DNA of 64,000 nucleotides, from assembly GCA_050015455.1 (NCBI GenBank), contig JBEKBJ010000003.1:36202-100201 (forward strand), given 5' to 3'. The notes beneath the pieces were generated by a model. The model did no database searches. It had not been told where the DNA came from and was given only the letters and a program-made list of their open reading frames with translations. A program made the translations under genes and the position numbers. Shown in pieces: positions 52,601 to 61,047 of this stretch. Numbering within the stretch: position 1 is the stretch's first letter; each line of letters opens with the position of its first letter. Source of the stretch: Candidatus Binatia bacterium. Lineage in GTDB: Bacteria; Desulfobacterota; Binatia; HRBIN30.

Positions 52601-52981
52601 CTAGTCGTCGGCGCCTGGGGCTTGGATCAGATCGGAACGTTTACCTTTGCGCGGGCGCTCGGGTGCGAGTCTCCGTTCGTCGAGCATGTGGCGGACAGCG
52701 AGGATGGGGTGGTGCCGGAGCATACGCGGGCCGGCGTAACGCATCACCGTCTGCACCTGCTGGCGCAGCGACGGCTTGTAGCAGTGGATGGGGCAGTTGG
52801 CGCAGGTGGGCTTGTCATCACCGTAGGGACATTTCTCCAGCCGCTGCCGCGCGTAGGCCTGAAGCTCAGCACATTGCACACACAAGCTGCGCTTCATGCC
52901 GTGCTGGTCGCGGCAGAACAGCCGGATCATCGCCTCGATGGTCCGGCGCTCTCGGTTGGTTCTCGTCGCCGCGGCGTTCAT
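52601..52981 (-). CDS. YgbA-like 'nitrous oxide-stimulated promoter' family protein
   Basis: MIRLFCRDQHG...LCVQCAELQAYARQRLEKCPYGDDKPTCANCPIHCYKPSLRQQVQTVMRYAGPRML matches the conserved Cys/His pattern of YgbA-family proteins. Confidence 0.65.
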   Translation of the reverse strand: MNAAATRTNRERRTIEAMIRLFCRDQHGMKRSLCVQCAELQAYARQRLEKCPYGDDKPTCANCPIHCYKPSLRQQVQTVMRYAGPRMLRHHPILAVRHMLDERRLAPERPRKGKRSDLIQAPGADD

Positions 52982-53304
52982 GAATAGATGATCGACCGCC
53001 CCCACCCTACCCGGGCGGTTGAAACCGCGGCCACAAACTGCGCCAAGCCCGCCGGAGCTTGTCTTGAGCCCCGTCGAAGGGCGGGCTCCCCACCCAACAT
53101 CAGCCCAGTCGGCGCAGGCCGACTTCGTGCTTTTCGTAGGCGCGAATTCATTCGCCGGCCGGCGAAACGTTTATCCACACTCTCTTAAGCCGGCTTGCTC
53201 TTATCACGCCCAGACATTGATCCGCGGGCGGCGCCGCCCTCACGCACAGACTTCTGTGTCCAGCACCCGAGAGCTTGGGACTTCTCAGCCGGAGGGCGAG
53301 GAAC

Positions 53305-54741
53305 CTACTGTGGTTGCGCGCTACCAGCGGGTGGCGCTTCACCTTTCAGATATGCGTCGATGCTGTTCGCGGCGATGCGGCCCTGGCCCATGGCCAGAAT
53401 CACCGTGGCGGCGCCGGAGACGATGTCGCCACCAGCGTAGACGCCCGGGATCGAGGTCGCCATGGTCTTCTCATCCGCGACTACCGTGCCCCACTTGGTT
53501 ACCTTCAGCTCGGGCGTCGCGCGCGGCACCAGCGGGTTGGGCTTGTTGCCAATGGCAACGACCACGGTGTCGAGCTCCATGATGAACTCGGAGCCCTTTA
53601 TCGGCACGGGGCGCCGCCGGCCCGAGGAGTCGGGTTCGCCGAGCTCCATCTGGATGCATTCCATCCCGACCACGCGACGGCGCTGGTCTCCCAGGACGCG
53701 CGTTGGGGCGGTGAGCAACTTGAACTCTATCCCTTCCTCTTCCGCATGGTGCACTTCTTCTATCCGGGCCGGCATCTGCTCGCGTGCCCGACGGTAGGCG
53801 ATGGTCACATCAGCGCCCTGGCGCAACGCCGTGCGCGCGCAGTCCATGGCCACATTGCCGCCGCCTATGACGGCCACGCGTTCGCGGTTGATCGGCGGCG
53901 TATCGTACTCGGGGAACAGATACGACTTCATCAGGTTGGAGCGTGTCAGATACTCATTGGCGGAATAGACGCCGATGAGGTTCTCCCCGGGAACCTCCAT
54001 GAACGAGGGCAGCCCGGCGCCCGTGCCGATGAACACGGCGTGATAGCCCTCTTCATCGAACAGCTCGCGGATGGTGGCGTTGCGGCCGACCACGTAGTCA
54101 AAAACGAATTCGACGCCGAGCTTCTTCAAGTAATCTACCTCGGCGTGCACGATCACCTTCGGCAGGCGGAACTCGGGGATGCCGTATATCAACACGCCAC
54201 CCGGATCTTGCAGCGCCTCGAACACCGTGACCTCGTGTCCCTTGAGGATGAGATCGCCGGCGACCGTCAGCCCCGCGGGCCCGGCGCCGATGACGGCGAC
54301 CCGCTTGCCCGTTTTGGGCGCCACCGGTGGGATGAGGACCTGACCCGTGCTGCGCTCGTAGTCGGCCACGAAACGCTCCAGCCGTCCGATGGCGACCGGC
54401 TTCTGCTTGATGCCGATGACGCAGACGCCTTCACACTGATCTTCCTGCGGGCAGACGCGGCCACAGACTGCCGGCAGAGAATTTGTCTCCTTGATCTTGC
54501 GCGCCGCCTCGACGAACTTGCCTTCCTGAATCAGCTTGATGAAACCGGGAATATCGATGTTGACCGGGCAGGCGGGGACGCATTTCGCGTTTTTGCACAG
54601 GATGCACCGCTGCGCCTCCAGCATGGCGAGATCGTCGGTGAAGCCGTACGGGACCTCGTTGTAGTTGTTGATCCGGTCCTCCGGCGCCTGCTCCGGCATC
54701 GGCTGGCGGGGAATGTCTTTCTTCTTCACTGGCTGTGCCAT
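53305..54741 (-). CDS. nfnB: NfnB / glutamate-synthase small-subunit-like NADPH:ferredoxin oxidoreductase subunit (FAD, NADPH, 2x[4Fe-4S])
   Basis: N-terminal Cys clusters (CILCKNAKCVPACP; CGRVCPQEDQCEGVC), FAD site VAVIGAGPAGL and NADPH site VAVIGGGNVAMD. Confidence 0.8.
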   Translation of the reverse strand: MAQPVKKKDIPRQPMPEQAPEDRINNYNEVPYGFTDDLAMLEAQRCILCKNAKCVPACPVNIDIPGFIKLIQEGKFVEAARKIKETNSLPAVCGRVCPQEDQCEGVCVIGIKQKPVAIGRLERFVADYERSTGQVLIPPVAPKTGKRVAVIGAGPAGLTVAGDLILKGHEVTVFEALQDPGGVLIYGIPEFRLPKVIVHAEVDYLKKLGVEFVFDYVVGRNATIRELFDEEGYHAVFIGTGAGLPSFMEVPGENLIGVYSANEYLTRSNLMKSYLFPEYDTPPINRERVAVIGGGNVAMDCARTALRQGADVTIAYRRAREQMPARIEEVHHAEEEGIEFKLLTAPTRVLGDQRRRVVGMECIQMELGEPDSSGRRRPVPIKGSEFIMELDTVVVAIGNKPNPLVPRATPELKVTKWGTVVADEKTMATSIPGVYAGGDIVSGAATVILAMGQGRIAANSIDAYLKGEAPPAGSAQPQ

Positions 54742-54750
54742 GGCTGCTAC

Positions 54751-55602
54751 TCAGATGGCGTGGCCGTGCGGCCGCGGGGCCGCCGGCGCGGTGCGCGCTA
54801 CCGAGCGGATCTCCTCTTCGCTGTAGGCGGCGCGGCGGTCAAACAGCTCTTCCCAATCGACCTGGTGGGCATCGAAGAACGGGCCATCGACGCAAGCGAA
54901 CTTCATCTCGTTGGCGACGGTCACCCGACACGCGCCACACATGCCGGTGCCGTCGAGCATGATCGGATTCAACGCCACCAGCGTCTTCACCCCGAACGGT
55001 TTGGTGGTGTTGGCGGCGAGCATCATCATGAACACGCAACCTATGGCGATCACCCGGTCCAGCGGCTCCCCGTTTTCGAGCTTCCGCTTGATGATGTCCA
55101 CCGAATGGCCCTTGGTTCCGTTGGAGCCATCGGTGGTGGTTTGAATCATCTCGTCCGAGGTCGCCAGCAACTCGTCGCGGTAGTAGTGGAGGTACTGGCT
55201 GTTGGCCTCGATGACGGTGATCACGCGGTTGCCGGCCTGCTTCAAAGCGCGGGCGAGGCTGAGTATCGCGCCGATGCCGTAGCAGCCGGCCGCCAGGGCT
55301 ACGGTGCCGTACTTCTCGATTTCCAACGGGACGCCGAGCGGGCCGACGAGGTGCGCGATCTGATCGCCGGCCTTGAGCAGGACGAACTTGCGGCTCGATT
55401 GTCCGACTTCCTGCACGACCAAGGTGATCGTACCGGCCTGCCGGTCCCAGTCGCACAACGTAAACGGCACGCGCTCCGAGTGTTCATCGACCATCACGAT
55501 GACGAACTGGCCGGGCCGCGCCTTCTTGGCGATGGCCGGCGCGTAGATCACCGCCTGGTGCGCGTTCGGCGCGATTTCACGTTTCTGCAGGATCTCGAAC
55601 AC
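54751..55602 (-). CDS. nfnA: NfnA / PyrK-like ferredoxin-NADP reductase subunit (FAD, [2Fe-2S])
   Basis: PyrK/SudB-like fold with C-terminal CGACRV [2Fe-2S] ligands. The gene sits immediately upstream of nfnB, the canonical nfnAB order. Confidence 0.75.
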   Translation of the reverse strand: MFEILQKREIAPNAHQAVIYAPAIAKKARPGQFVIVMVDEHSERVPFTLCDWDRQAGTITLVVQEVGQSSRKFVLLKAGDQIAHLVGPLGVPLEIEKYGTVALAAGCYGIGAILSLARALKQAGNRVITVIEANSQYLHYYRDELLATSDEMIQTTTDGSNGTKGHSVDIIKRKLENGEPLDRVIAIGCVFMMMLAANTTKPFGVKTLVALNPIMLDGTGMCGACRVTVANEMKFACVDGPFFDAHQVDWEELFDRRAAYSEEEIRSVARTAPAAPRPHGHAI

Positions 55603-55605
55603 GGC

Positions 55606-57228
55606 TCAACCTCCAACCGCGGCGGCGGCCGCTTCCGCCGGCGGCAGCTCGCTCAAGCCGCGGACCTTCTCCTCCAGGTTGTGGCCGCGGAAATGGGTCC
55701 GCCGGTAACGAGGGTCGCCGGCGGCGGGCGCCTTCTGCAACTGCCGGATGCGCAGGCCGGCCTTGCCGGCCCCGATCTCTGCCTTGATGGCGGCCGCCGA
55801 TTCGTACTCGAAGCCTTCGGCACCCATCGCCCGCGCCAGCTCGGTGATGATTTGCCAATCGGGCTTGGCCTCGCCGGGTGGGTCGCAGGCCTTACGCAAC
55901 GGCCGCATCAGCCCCTGGCCGTCGACCCAGGTGCCCGCCACCTCGGCCAGCACCGCGGCAGGCAGCGAGACATGCGCTCGTTCGGCAAGGGCCGTGGGAT
56001 AGCAGTCCTGCGTGATCAGCACTTCGAGCTGGGCGAGCCCGGCCGCATCGACGAAATCACCGGTGAGCAACGCCGCGCGCACGCCGCTCGGCAGCGCGCC
56101 GCGCGACGCGCCATCTCCATTCGGCCGGATCTCTACGTAATGCGGCGACCGCATCACTGCACTGGTGAACTTCTGAAACACATAGCGGTCTTCGAGGGTG
56201 CTGCTGGTGTCGCACACCAAGGCGAAGCCGTCGCCGACGAACGGCTGCAGCCGCTCGACGGTATGCGCCAGCGCCTGCTCCCAGGATAACGCGCGCAGCA
56301 CTTTTCCGATCCGCACCTGCGGCTTCTTCAGACGGGTGACGCCGTTGAGGAACTCTGGAATGGCGAAGCGGCCGAGGACGCAGATGGGCACGCGCGTGTT
56401 GATGCCACGCGCCATCACCGCCCGCTTCAGCGGCGACGCCTGCACGGTGATCGCACAAGCGGCCTCGCACAAGGTGCAGGTCGTGGCGGTGAAGCGCGCC
56501 GGAGCGCCGAACCATTTGGCGTAACGGTCGGAGAGACTCCCGGTCGGGCAGACGTCGATGCACGAGCCGCAGAAACGGCAGCCCGCGTCAGAAAGCGAAC
56601 GGCCGAAGGCCTCACCGATGTGCGTCTGGCTACCGCGGCCGACGAACTCGATCGTGCTCTGCCCGTGATGTTCTTTACAGATGCGCACGCAGCGGCCGCA
56701 CAGGATACACAGGTTCAGGTCACGGTCGAGGAACGGATCGGAGCGCTCGATCGGGAGGTGACGGTAGAAGGGCACGTAGGGAAGAGAGCAGAGGCCGATG
56801 CTCTCTGACAGATCGCGGATCCCGCAGACTTGCTTGTTGTTGCACGTGTGGCAGCCGGTGGTGCAGCCCGCCTTTTCAGACCTCGGGCGGTATTGCTCGC
56901 AGAGATCCCGCTTATCGCAGACCAGGCAGGCTGAAGGATGCTCGGCGAGGATCAACTCCAGCACGGAACGCCTCAGGTTCTGGAGGGTCGGAGTGTCGGT
57001 CTTTACGACCATGCCCTCCGTCGCCAGTGTCGAGCAGGAAGCGGGGTAGCCCCGCACCCCGTCGATCTCGACGATGCACATCCGGCAGGCGCCGAAGGCC
57101 GGCAAGCTCGGGTGTGTACAGAGGTGAGGTATGGAGATGCCGTGGCGCAGAGCTGTTTGCAACACGGTCTCGCCGGCGTTGGCCGCGACCTGGCGGCCGT
57201 CAATAGTCAGGGTAGCGGCTGTTTCCAT
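55606..57228 (-). CDS. NuoG/HndD-like multi-FeS subunit ([2Fe-2S] ferredoxin domain, several [4Fe-4S], truncated molybdopterin-oxidoreductase-like domain; no hydrogenase H-cluster motifs)
   Basis: The N-terminus has a plant-type ferredoxin pattern (CRMCIVEIDG). Multiple CxxCxxCxxxCP motifs are present, and the C-terminal domain resembles the NuoG C-terminus. None of the [FeFe]-hydrogenase L1/L2/L3 motifs are seen. Confidence 0.65.
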   Translation of the reverse strand: METAATLTIDGRQVAANAGETVLQTALRHGISIPHLCTHPSLPAFGACRMCIVEIDGVRGYPASCSTLATEGMVVKTDTPTLQNLRRSVLELILAEHPSACLVCDKRDLCEQYRPRSEKAGCTTGCHTCNNKQVCGIRDLSESIGLCSLPYVPFYRHLPIERSDPFLDRDLNLCILCGRCVRICKEHHGQSTIEFVGRGSQTHIGEAFGRSLSDAGCRFCGSCIDVCPTGSLSDRYAKWFGAPARFTATTCTLCEAACAITVQASPLKRAVMARGINTRVPICVLGRFAIPEFLNGVTRLKKPQVRIGKVLRALSWEQALAHTVERLQPFVGDGFALVCDTSSTLEDRYVFQKFTSAVMRSPHYVEIRPNGDGASRGALPSGVRAALLTGDFVDAAGLAQLEVLITQDCYPTALAERAHVSLPAAVLAEVAGTWVDGQGLMRPLRKACDPPGEAKPDWQIITELARAMGAEGFEYESAAAIKAEIGAGKAGLRIRQLQKAPAAGDPRYRRTHFRGHNLEEKVRGLSELPPAEAAAAAVGG

Positions 57229-57233
57229 GGGCG

Positions 57234-60200
57234 CTACTCCGCAAAACGATAGTCGCAGCGCAGGCAGCGCGCGCATTCCATGCGTGCCTGGTCACGATCC
57301 ACGGGTTGCTCCACTTCGTCGAGGTTCATTCGGGCTGACAGCTGCAGAGATCGCTGTTTCATCCGCGCGGCCGTCACGGGTTCGGCCTCGGGGTCGAAGG
57401 AGGCCGGGTTGTTCATGGCGTCCCGCCAGAAGGCAACCGAGCGCTCGGCCGGCGCGACGTCCTTGGACAACTCTTCGTTGATGGCGCAGGCCGCCCGTTC
57501 GCCGGCGGCGATGGCCGCAAGCGCGATGCTGGGGCCCGTGACCACGTCGCCGCCTGCATAGATGACCGCGGTGCTGGTGGCGTTAGAGAACGGGTCGACC
57601 TGGATCCTTCCTGCGCGGGTGATGGTGATACGCGTCTGTTTCCCGATGTCACCCAGCACCGGCCTCTGGCCGATGGCGGCGATGATGCTGTCCGCTTCGA
57701 AGGACATCTCCTCTCCAGTGGGCTCGGGCCGGCGGCGCCCGTCGAGCTCGAACCCCGAGAGCTTCATGCGCTGGCAGACGAGGCGGCTCGCCGCCCCGTT
57801 GCCTTCGATGCGCTCCGGTGCGGCGAGGAAGACCAGCTTCACGCCTTCCGCCTCGGCCTCTTCGATCTCGGTCTTGATGGCCGGCATCTCCTCACGCGTG
57901 CGGCGATATACGAGAGTGACGTCAGCGCCCATGCGGAAAGCCATGCGGCAGGAGTCGATAGCCACGTCGCCGCCGCCGATCACGACGACCTTCTTGCCGA
58001 GAGGGAAGTCCTGGCCACGGTTGCGCGCCAGAAGGAAGTCGAGCCCCTGCGTCACGCCTTTGAGGTCCTCTCCGGGGATGCCGAGCCGGATACCCTCCCA
58101 GCAGCCCAGGCCGAGGAAGAAGGCGCGATAGCCTTCCTGCACGAGAGCTTCGTAGGTGAGATCCTTGCCGAACTCCGTGCCGAGCTTGAGATCGATGCCG
58201 AAGCCTAGGATCCAGTCGATCTCCTCCTTCAGGATGTCGCGGGGCAGCCGGTACTCGGGGATGGCGTACGCCAGCATGCCGCCGGGGCGCTCTTCCCGTT
58301 CGAAGATGGTCACCGGGTAACCGAGCCGTCGCAGATAGTAGGCGCAGGAGAGGCCGGCCGGCCCGGAGCCGATGACCGCGATCTTCTTGCCGTGGTTGTG
58401 CGGGTTGTCGCGCACCATCTGCTGCGGCTCGGGCCTGCGCGCCGTGTCCACCATGTGACGCTTGATGGCGCGGATGGCGACCGGAGAATCGATCTGCTGC
58501 CGGCGGCACTTGTCCTCACACGGGTGCGGGCACACCCGCGCGCAGATGGAGGGCAAGGGGTTCCGCTCCAGGTGGGAGGCCAACGCCTCCTCGTAGCGGC
58601 CCTCGCCGACCAGCGAGATGTACAGCGGCACGTCCACTCCGGCCGGGCACCCGTTCTCGCAAGGCGCGTGGACGATATCCGGGCAGACCCCGGCCGGACA
58701 GTACTTCTCGCGGATGTGAGCTTCGTATTCCTGCCGGAAATAGCGCAGGGTGGTCAAAACGGGATTGGGGGCCGTCTGACCAAGGCCGCACAGCGATGCC
58801 TTCTGCACCGTCTCGGCGAGGCTCTCCAGCCGCTCCAGGTCTTCTTCCTGTCCCTTCCCGGCACAGATGCGCTCGAGGATGTCCAGCATGATGCGGGAGC
58901 CGACGCGGCAGGGGGGGCACTTGCCGCAGGACTCCTCCCGCGTGAAACTCAGGAAGTAGCGGGCGATGTCCACCATGCAGCTATCTTCATCCAGCACTAT
59001 CATCCCGCCCGACCCCATGATCGAGCCAGCCTCGGCGAGGGTCTTGTAGTCCACCGGTAGGTTGAGAAGTTCTCTCGGGATGCAGCCGCCGGAGGGCCCG
59101 CCCGTCTGCACGCCCTTGAGTTGCCGCCCGCCCGGCACGCCGCCGCCGATCTCGTAGACGATCTCTTTGAGTGTCGTCCCGAGCGGCACCTCGATGAGCC
59201 CTGTGCGCTGGATCTTACCCGCCAGCGCGAAGGTCTTGGTGCCCCGGCTCGTCTCGGTACCGAAGCCCGCAAACCAGGCCGCTCCGTTGCGCATGATGGA
59301 GGCGAGGCTGCCCAAGGTTTCGACGTTTTGGATCACGGTGGGCTTGCCCCAGAGGCCGCTTGTTGCCGGGAAAGGCGGACGCGGTCGCGGCATGCCACGC
59401 CGGCCTTCGATCGAGGCGATCAGCGCGGTCTCCTCACCGCAGACGAAGGCGCCCGCACCCTTCTTGATCTTGACGTCGAACGAGAAGCCGGAGCCTTGAA
59501 TGTCGGCGCCCAACAAGCCGAGGTCTCGCATCTGGCTGATGGCGAGCTGCAGACGCTTGATGGCAAGCGGATACTCGGCGCGGCAGTAAATGTACCCCTG
59601 GGATGCGCTGATGGCGAAGGCCGCGATCAACATGCCTTCGAGCACCGCGTGCGGGTCACTCTCCAAGAGCGAGCGGTTCATGAAGGCGCCCGGGTCGCCC
59701 TCGTCGGCGTTGCAAATCAGGTAGCGCGGCAGCACACCCGTGCTCCGGCAGAACTCCCACTTCTGCCCGGTGGGGAAGCCGGCGCCACCGCGCCCGCGGA
59801 TCCCCGCCGCCTTGACCTCGGCCACGACCGCCTCGGGTCCCAGTTCGAGTGCGCGCAGGAACCCCCGGTAGCCATCGCGCGCCAGATAATGGTGGACGTT
59901 CTCCGGATCGATTAGGCCGCAGTTGCGCAGGACGTTGCGCACTTGGCCCCGCAGCGCCGGGTGCTCCTCGATTGGACCGATACCGTCGACACTCCCGGGT
60001 CCCGTTCTGCCCAATGCCCATTCCGCGCACGGATCGTTGCCCAGCACGAAGCGGCGCACTAGAGATGACATCTCGTCGGGACCGACGTTGGCGTAGCAAA
60101 CGCCGGGGAGTCCCGGCTTCTCTATGACGACGAGCGGCTCCAGAAAGCACGGGCCCATGCAGCCCACTTCGATGATGCGGGCGCCGAGACCTCGATCCCG

Positions 60201-60353
60201 GACTTCGGTGTGGAGGCGCTCGATCACCCGCTCGGCGCCCGCGGCCCGGCCGCAAGTGGCGGCGCCTACGCGGAAGACGGGCACGCTGGCCCGCTCGAGT
60301 TCCTGCCATTTCGCCTGAGCTTCAGCGTACTCTTGTTGAAGGGTAGTCGTCAT
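57234..60353 (-). CDS. Fusion protein: NuoE-like thioredoxin-fold [2Fe-2S] domain + NuoF-like FMN/NADH-binding domain + 2x[4Fe-4S] ferredoxin + GltD-like FAD/NADPH oxidoreductase domain
   Basis: GIRGRGGAGFPTGQKWEF (the NuoF FMN site), ESCGKCPPCRVG, CPAGVCPDIVHAPCENGCPAGV, then KKIAVIGSGPAGLSCA and VVVIGGGDVAIDSC (GltD-like). 1039 aa in total. Confidence 0.75.
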   Translation of the reverse strand: MTTTLQQEYAEAQAKWQELERASVPVFRVGAATCGRAAGAERVIERLHTEVRDRGLGARIIEVGCMGPCFLEPLVVIEKPGLPGVCYANVGPDEMSSLVRRFVLGNDPCAEWALGRTGPGSVDGIGPIEEHPALRGQVRNVLRNCGLIDPENVHHYLARDGYRGFLRALELGPEAVVAEVKAAGIRGRGGAGFPTGQKWEFCRSTGVLPRYLICNADEGDPGAFMNRSLLESDPHAVLEGMLIAAFAISASQGYIYCRAEYPLAIKRLQLAISQMRDLGLLGADIQGSGFSFDVKIKKGAGAFVCGEETALIASIEGRRGMPRPRPPFPATSGLWGKPTVIQNVETLGSLASIMRNGAAWFAGFGTETSRGTKTFALAGKIQRTGLIEVPLGTTLKEIVYEIGGGVPGGRQLKGVQTGGPSGGCIPRELLNLPVDYKTLAEAGSIMGSGGMIVLDEDSCMVDIARYFLSFTREESCGKCPPCRVGSRIMLDILERICAGKGQEEDLERLESLAETVQKASLCGLGQTAPNPVLTTLRYFRQEYEAHIREKYCPAGVCPDIVHAPCENGCPAGVDVPLYISLVGEGRYEEALASHLERNPLPSICARVCPHPCEDKCRRQQIDSPVAIRAIKRHMVDTARRPEPQQMVRDNPHNHGKKIAVIGSGPAGLSCAYYLRRLGYPVTIFEREERPGGMLAYAIPEYRLPRDILKEEIDWILGFGIDLKLGTEFGKDLTYEALVQEGYRAFFLGLGCWEGIRLGIPGEDLKGVTQGLDFLLARNRGQDFPLGKKVVVIGGGDVAIDSCRMAFRMGADVTLVYRRTREEMPAIKTEIEEAEAEGVKLVFLAAPERIEGNGAASRLVCQRMKLSGFELDGRRRPEPTGEEMSFEADSIIAAIGQRPVLGDIGKQTRITITRAGRIQVDPFSNATSTAVIYAGGDVVTGPSIALAAIAAGERAACAINEELSKDVAPAERSVAFWRDAMNNPASFDPEAEPVTAARMKQRSLQLSARMNLDEVEQPVDRDQARMECARCLRCDYRFAE

Positions 60354-60396
60354 GGCTCTTTGGTCCGCGAATCCTGGATGGATGTTCTTCTGCTTC

Positions 60397-60885
60397 CTAG
60401 CGTCCGACGATCGATCGCACCTTGCGTGGTGTCACGCGGGCATGCACCTCGCCGTCCACAGTGACGGTCGGAGCGAGCGCGCAGCAACCGATGCAGGCGA
60501 TGCGCTGAAGTTCATATTCGCCGTCGTCGGTAATTTCGCCCGTGCGGACGCCCAGACGGTGGTGGAACTCTTCCATGACCTGGCGCCCGCCGCGTACGTG
60601 GCAAGCTGTGCCCTGGCACACCCGGATGGTGTGTTTGGCCGGCGGCTTGAAGCGAAACTGGGCATAGAAGGTGGCGATCCCGTAGATTTCGTTGTCCGAG
60701 ATGTTGCTCGCCTGCGCCAGCTCTCGTAGCGTCTCTTCCGTCAGGTAGCCGTCGCGGTCCTGGATATCCTGAAGGATCGGAATCAGATGCTGGGTGCTAA
60801 TGCCGTTGCTACCCTCTCCGGCGAGTGCGGATGAGTAGTGGGCAAGGATTTCCCCCAGGGTGGATGCCGATGCGGTCGCGCTCAT
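60397..60885 (-). CDS. NuoE/HoxE-like thioredoxin-fold [2Fe-2S] subunit
   Basis: The CQGTACHVRG...CIGCCALAP Cys pattern of the 24-kDa subunit family. Confidence 0.8.
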   Translation of the reverse strand: MSATASASTLGEILAHYSSALAGEGSNGISTQHLIPILQDIQDRDGYLTEETLRELAQASNISDNEIYGIATFYAQFRFKPPAKHTIRVCQGTACHVRGGRQVMEEFHHRLGVRTGEITDDGEYELQRIACIGCCALAPTVTVDGEVHARVTPRKVRSIVGR

Positions 60886-60930
60886 AAAGTGGTTCCTGTT
60901 AAAGTAACTTTTTTATCCTGTAAGGGATTT

Positions 60931-60946
60931 TGCAAATTCTAAGCCA
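60931..60946 (-). promoter_or_regulatory. Sigma-54 (-24/-12) promoter-like element upstream of the nuoE-like operon
   Basis: The - strand reads TGGCTTAGAATTTGCA, matching TGGCAC-N5-TTGCW in both conserved dinucleotides and spacing. It lies about 45 nt before the start codon, inside a conspicuously AT-rich 160-bp intergenic region. Confidence 0.5.
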
Positions 60947-61047
60947 CTTCCAGATTCTTGCCCAGCCGGGGTGGCGGGCTTTGGTCTTCCTACTGGTGGG
61001 AACTACTGCTGGATTTTGTCAGCTATCATAGAGAACGCACAGGGAAT

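Noticed and set aside
51878-56289. Long + strand ORFs (369 aa and 1004 aa)
   Set aside because: They are antisense to the NTase/ygbA genes and to the nfnAB/nuoG-like genes respectively. Their Arg/Gly-rich composition is non-protein-like.
55606-57228. [FeFe]-hydrogenase large subunit (HndD/HydA-like)
   Set aside because: The N-terminal ferredoxin and 4Fe-4S domains are shared with NuoG, but none of the H-cluster signature motifs (TSCCPxW, MPCxxKxxE, ExMACxxGCxxG) are present.
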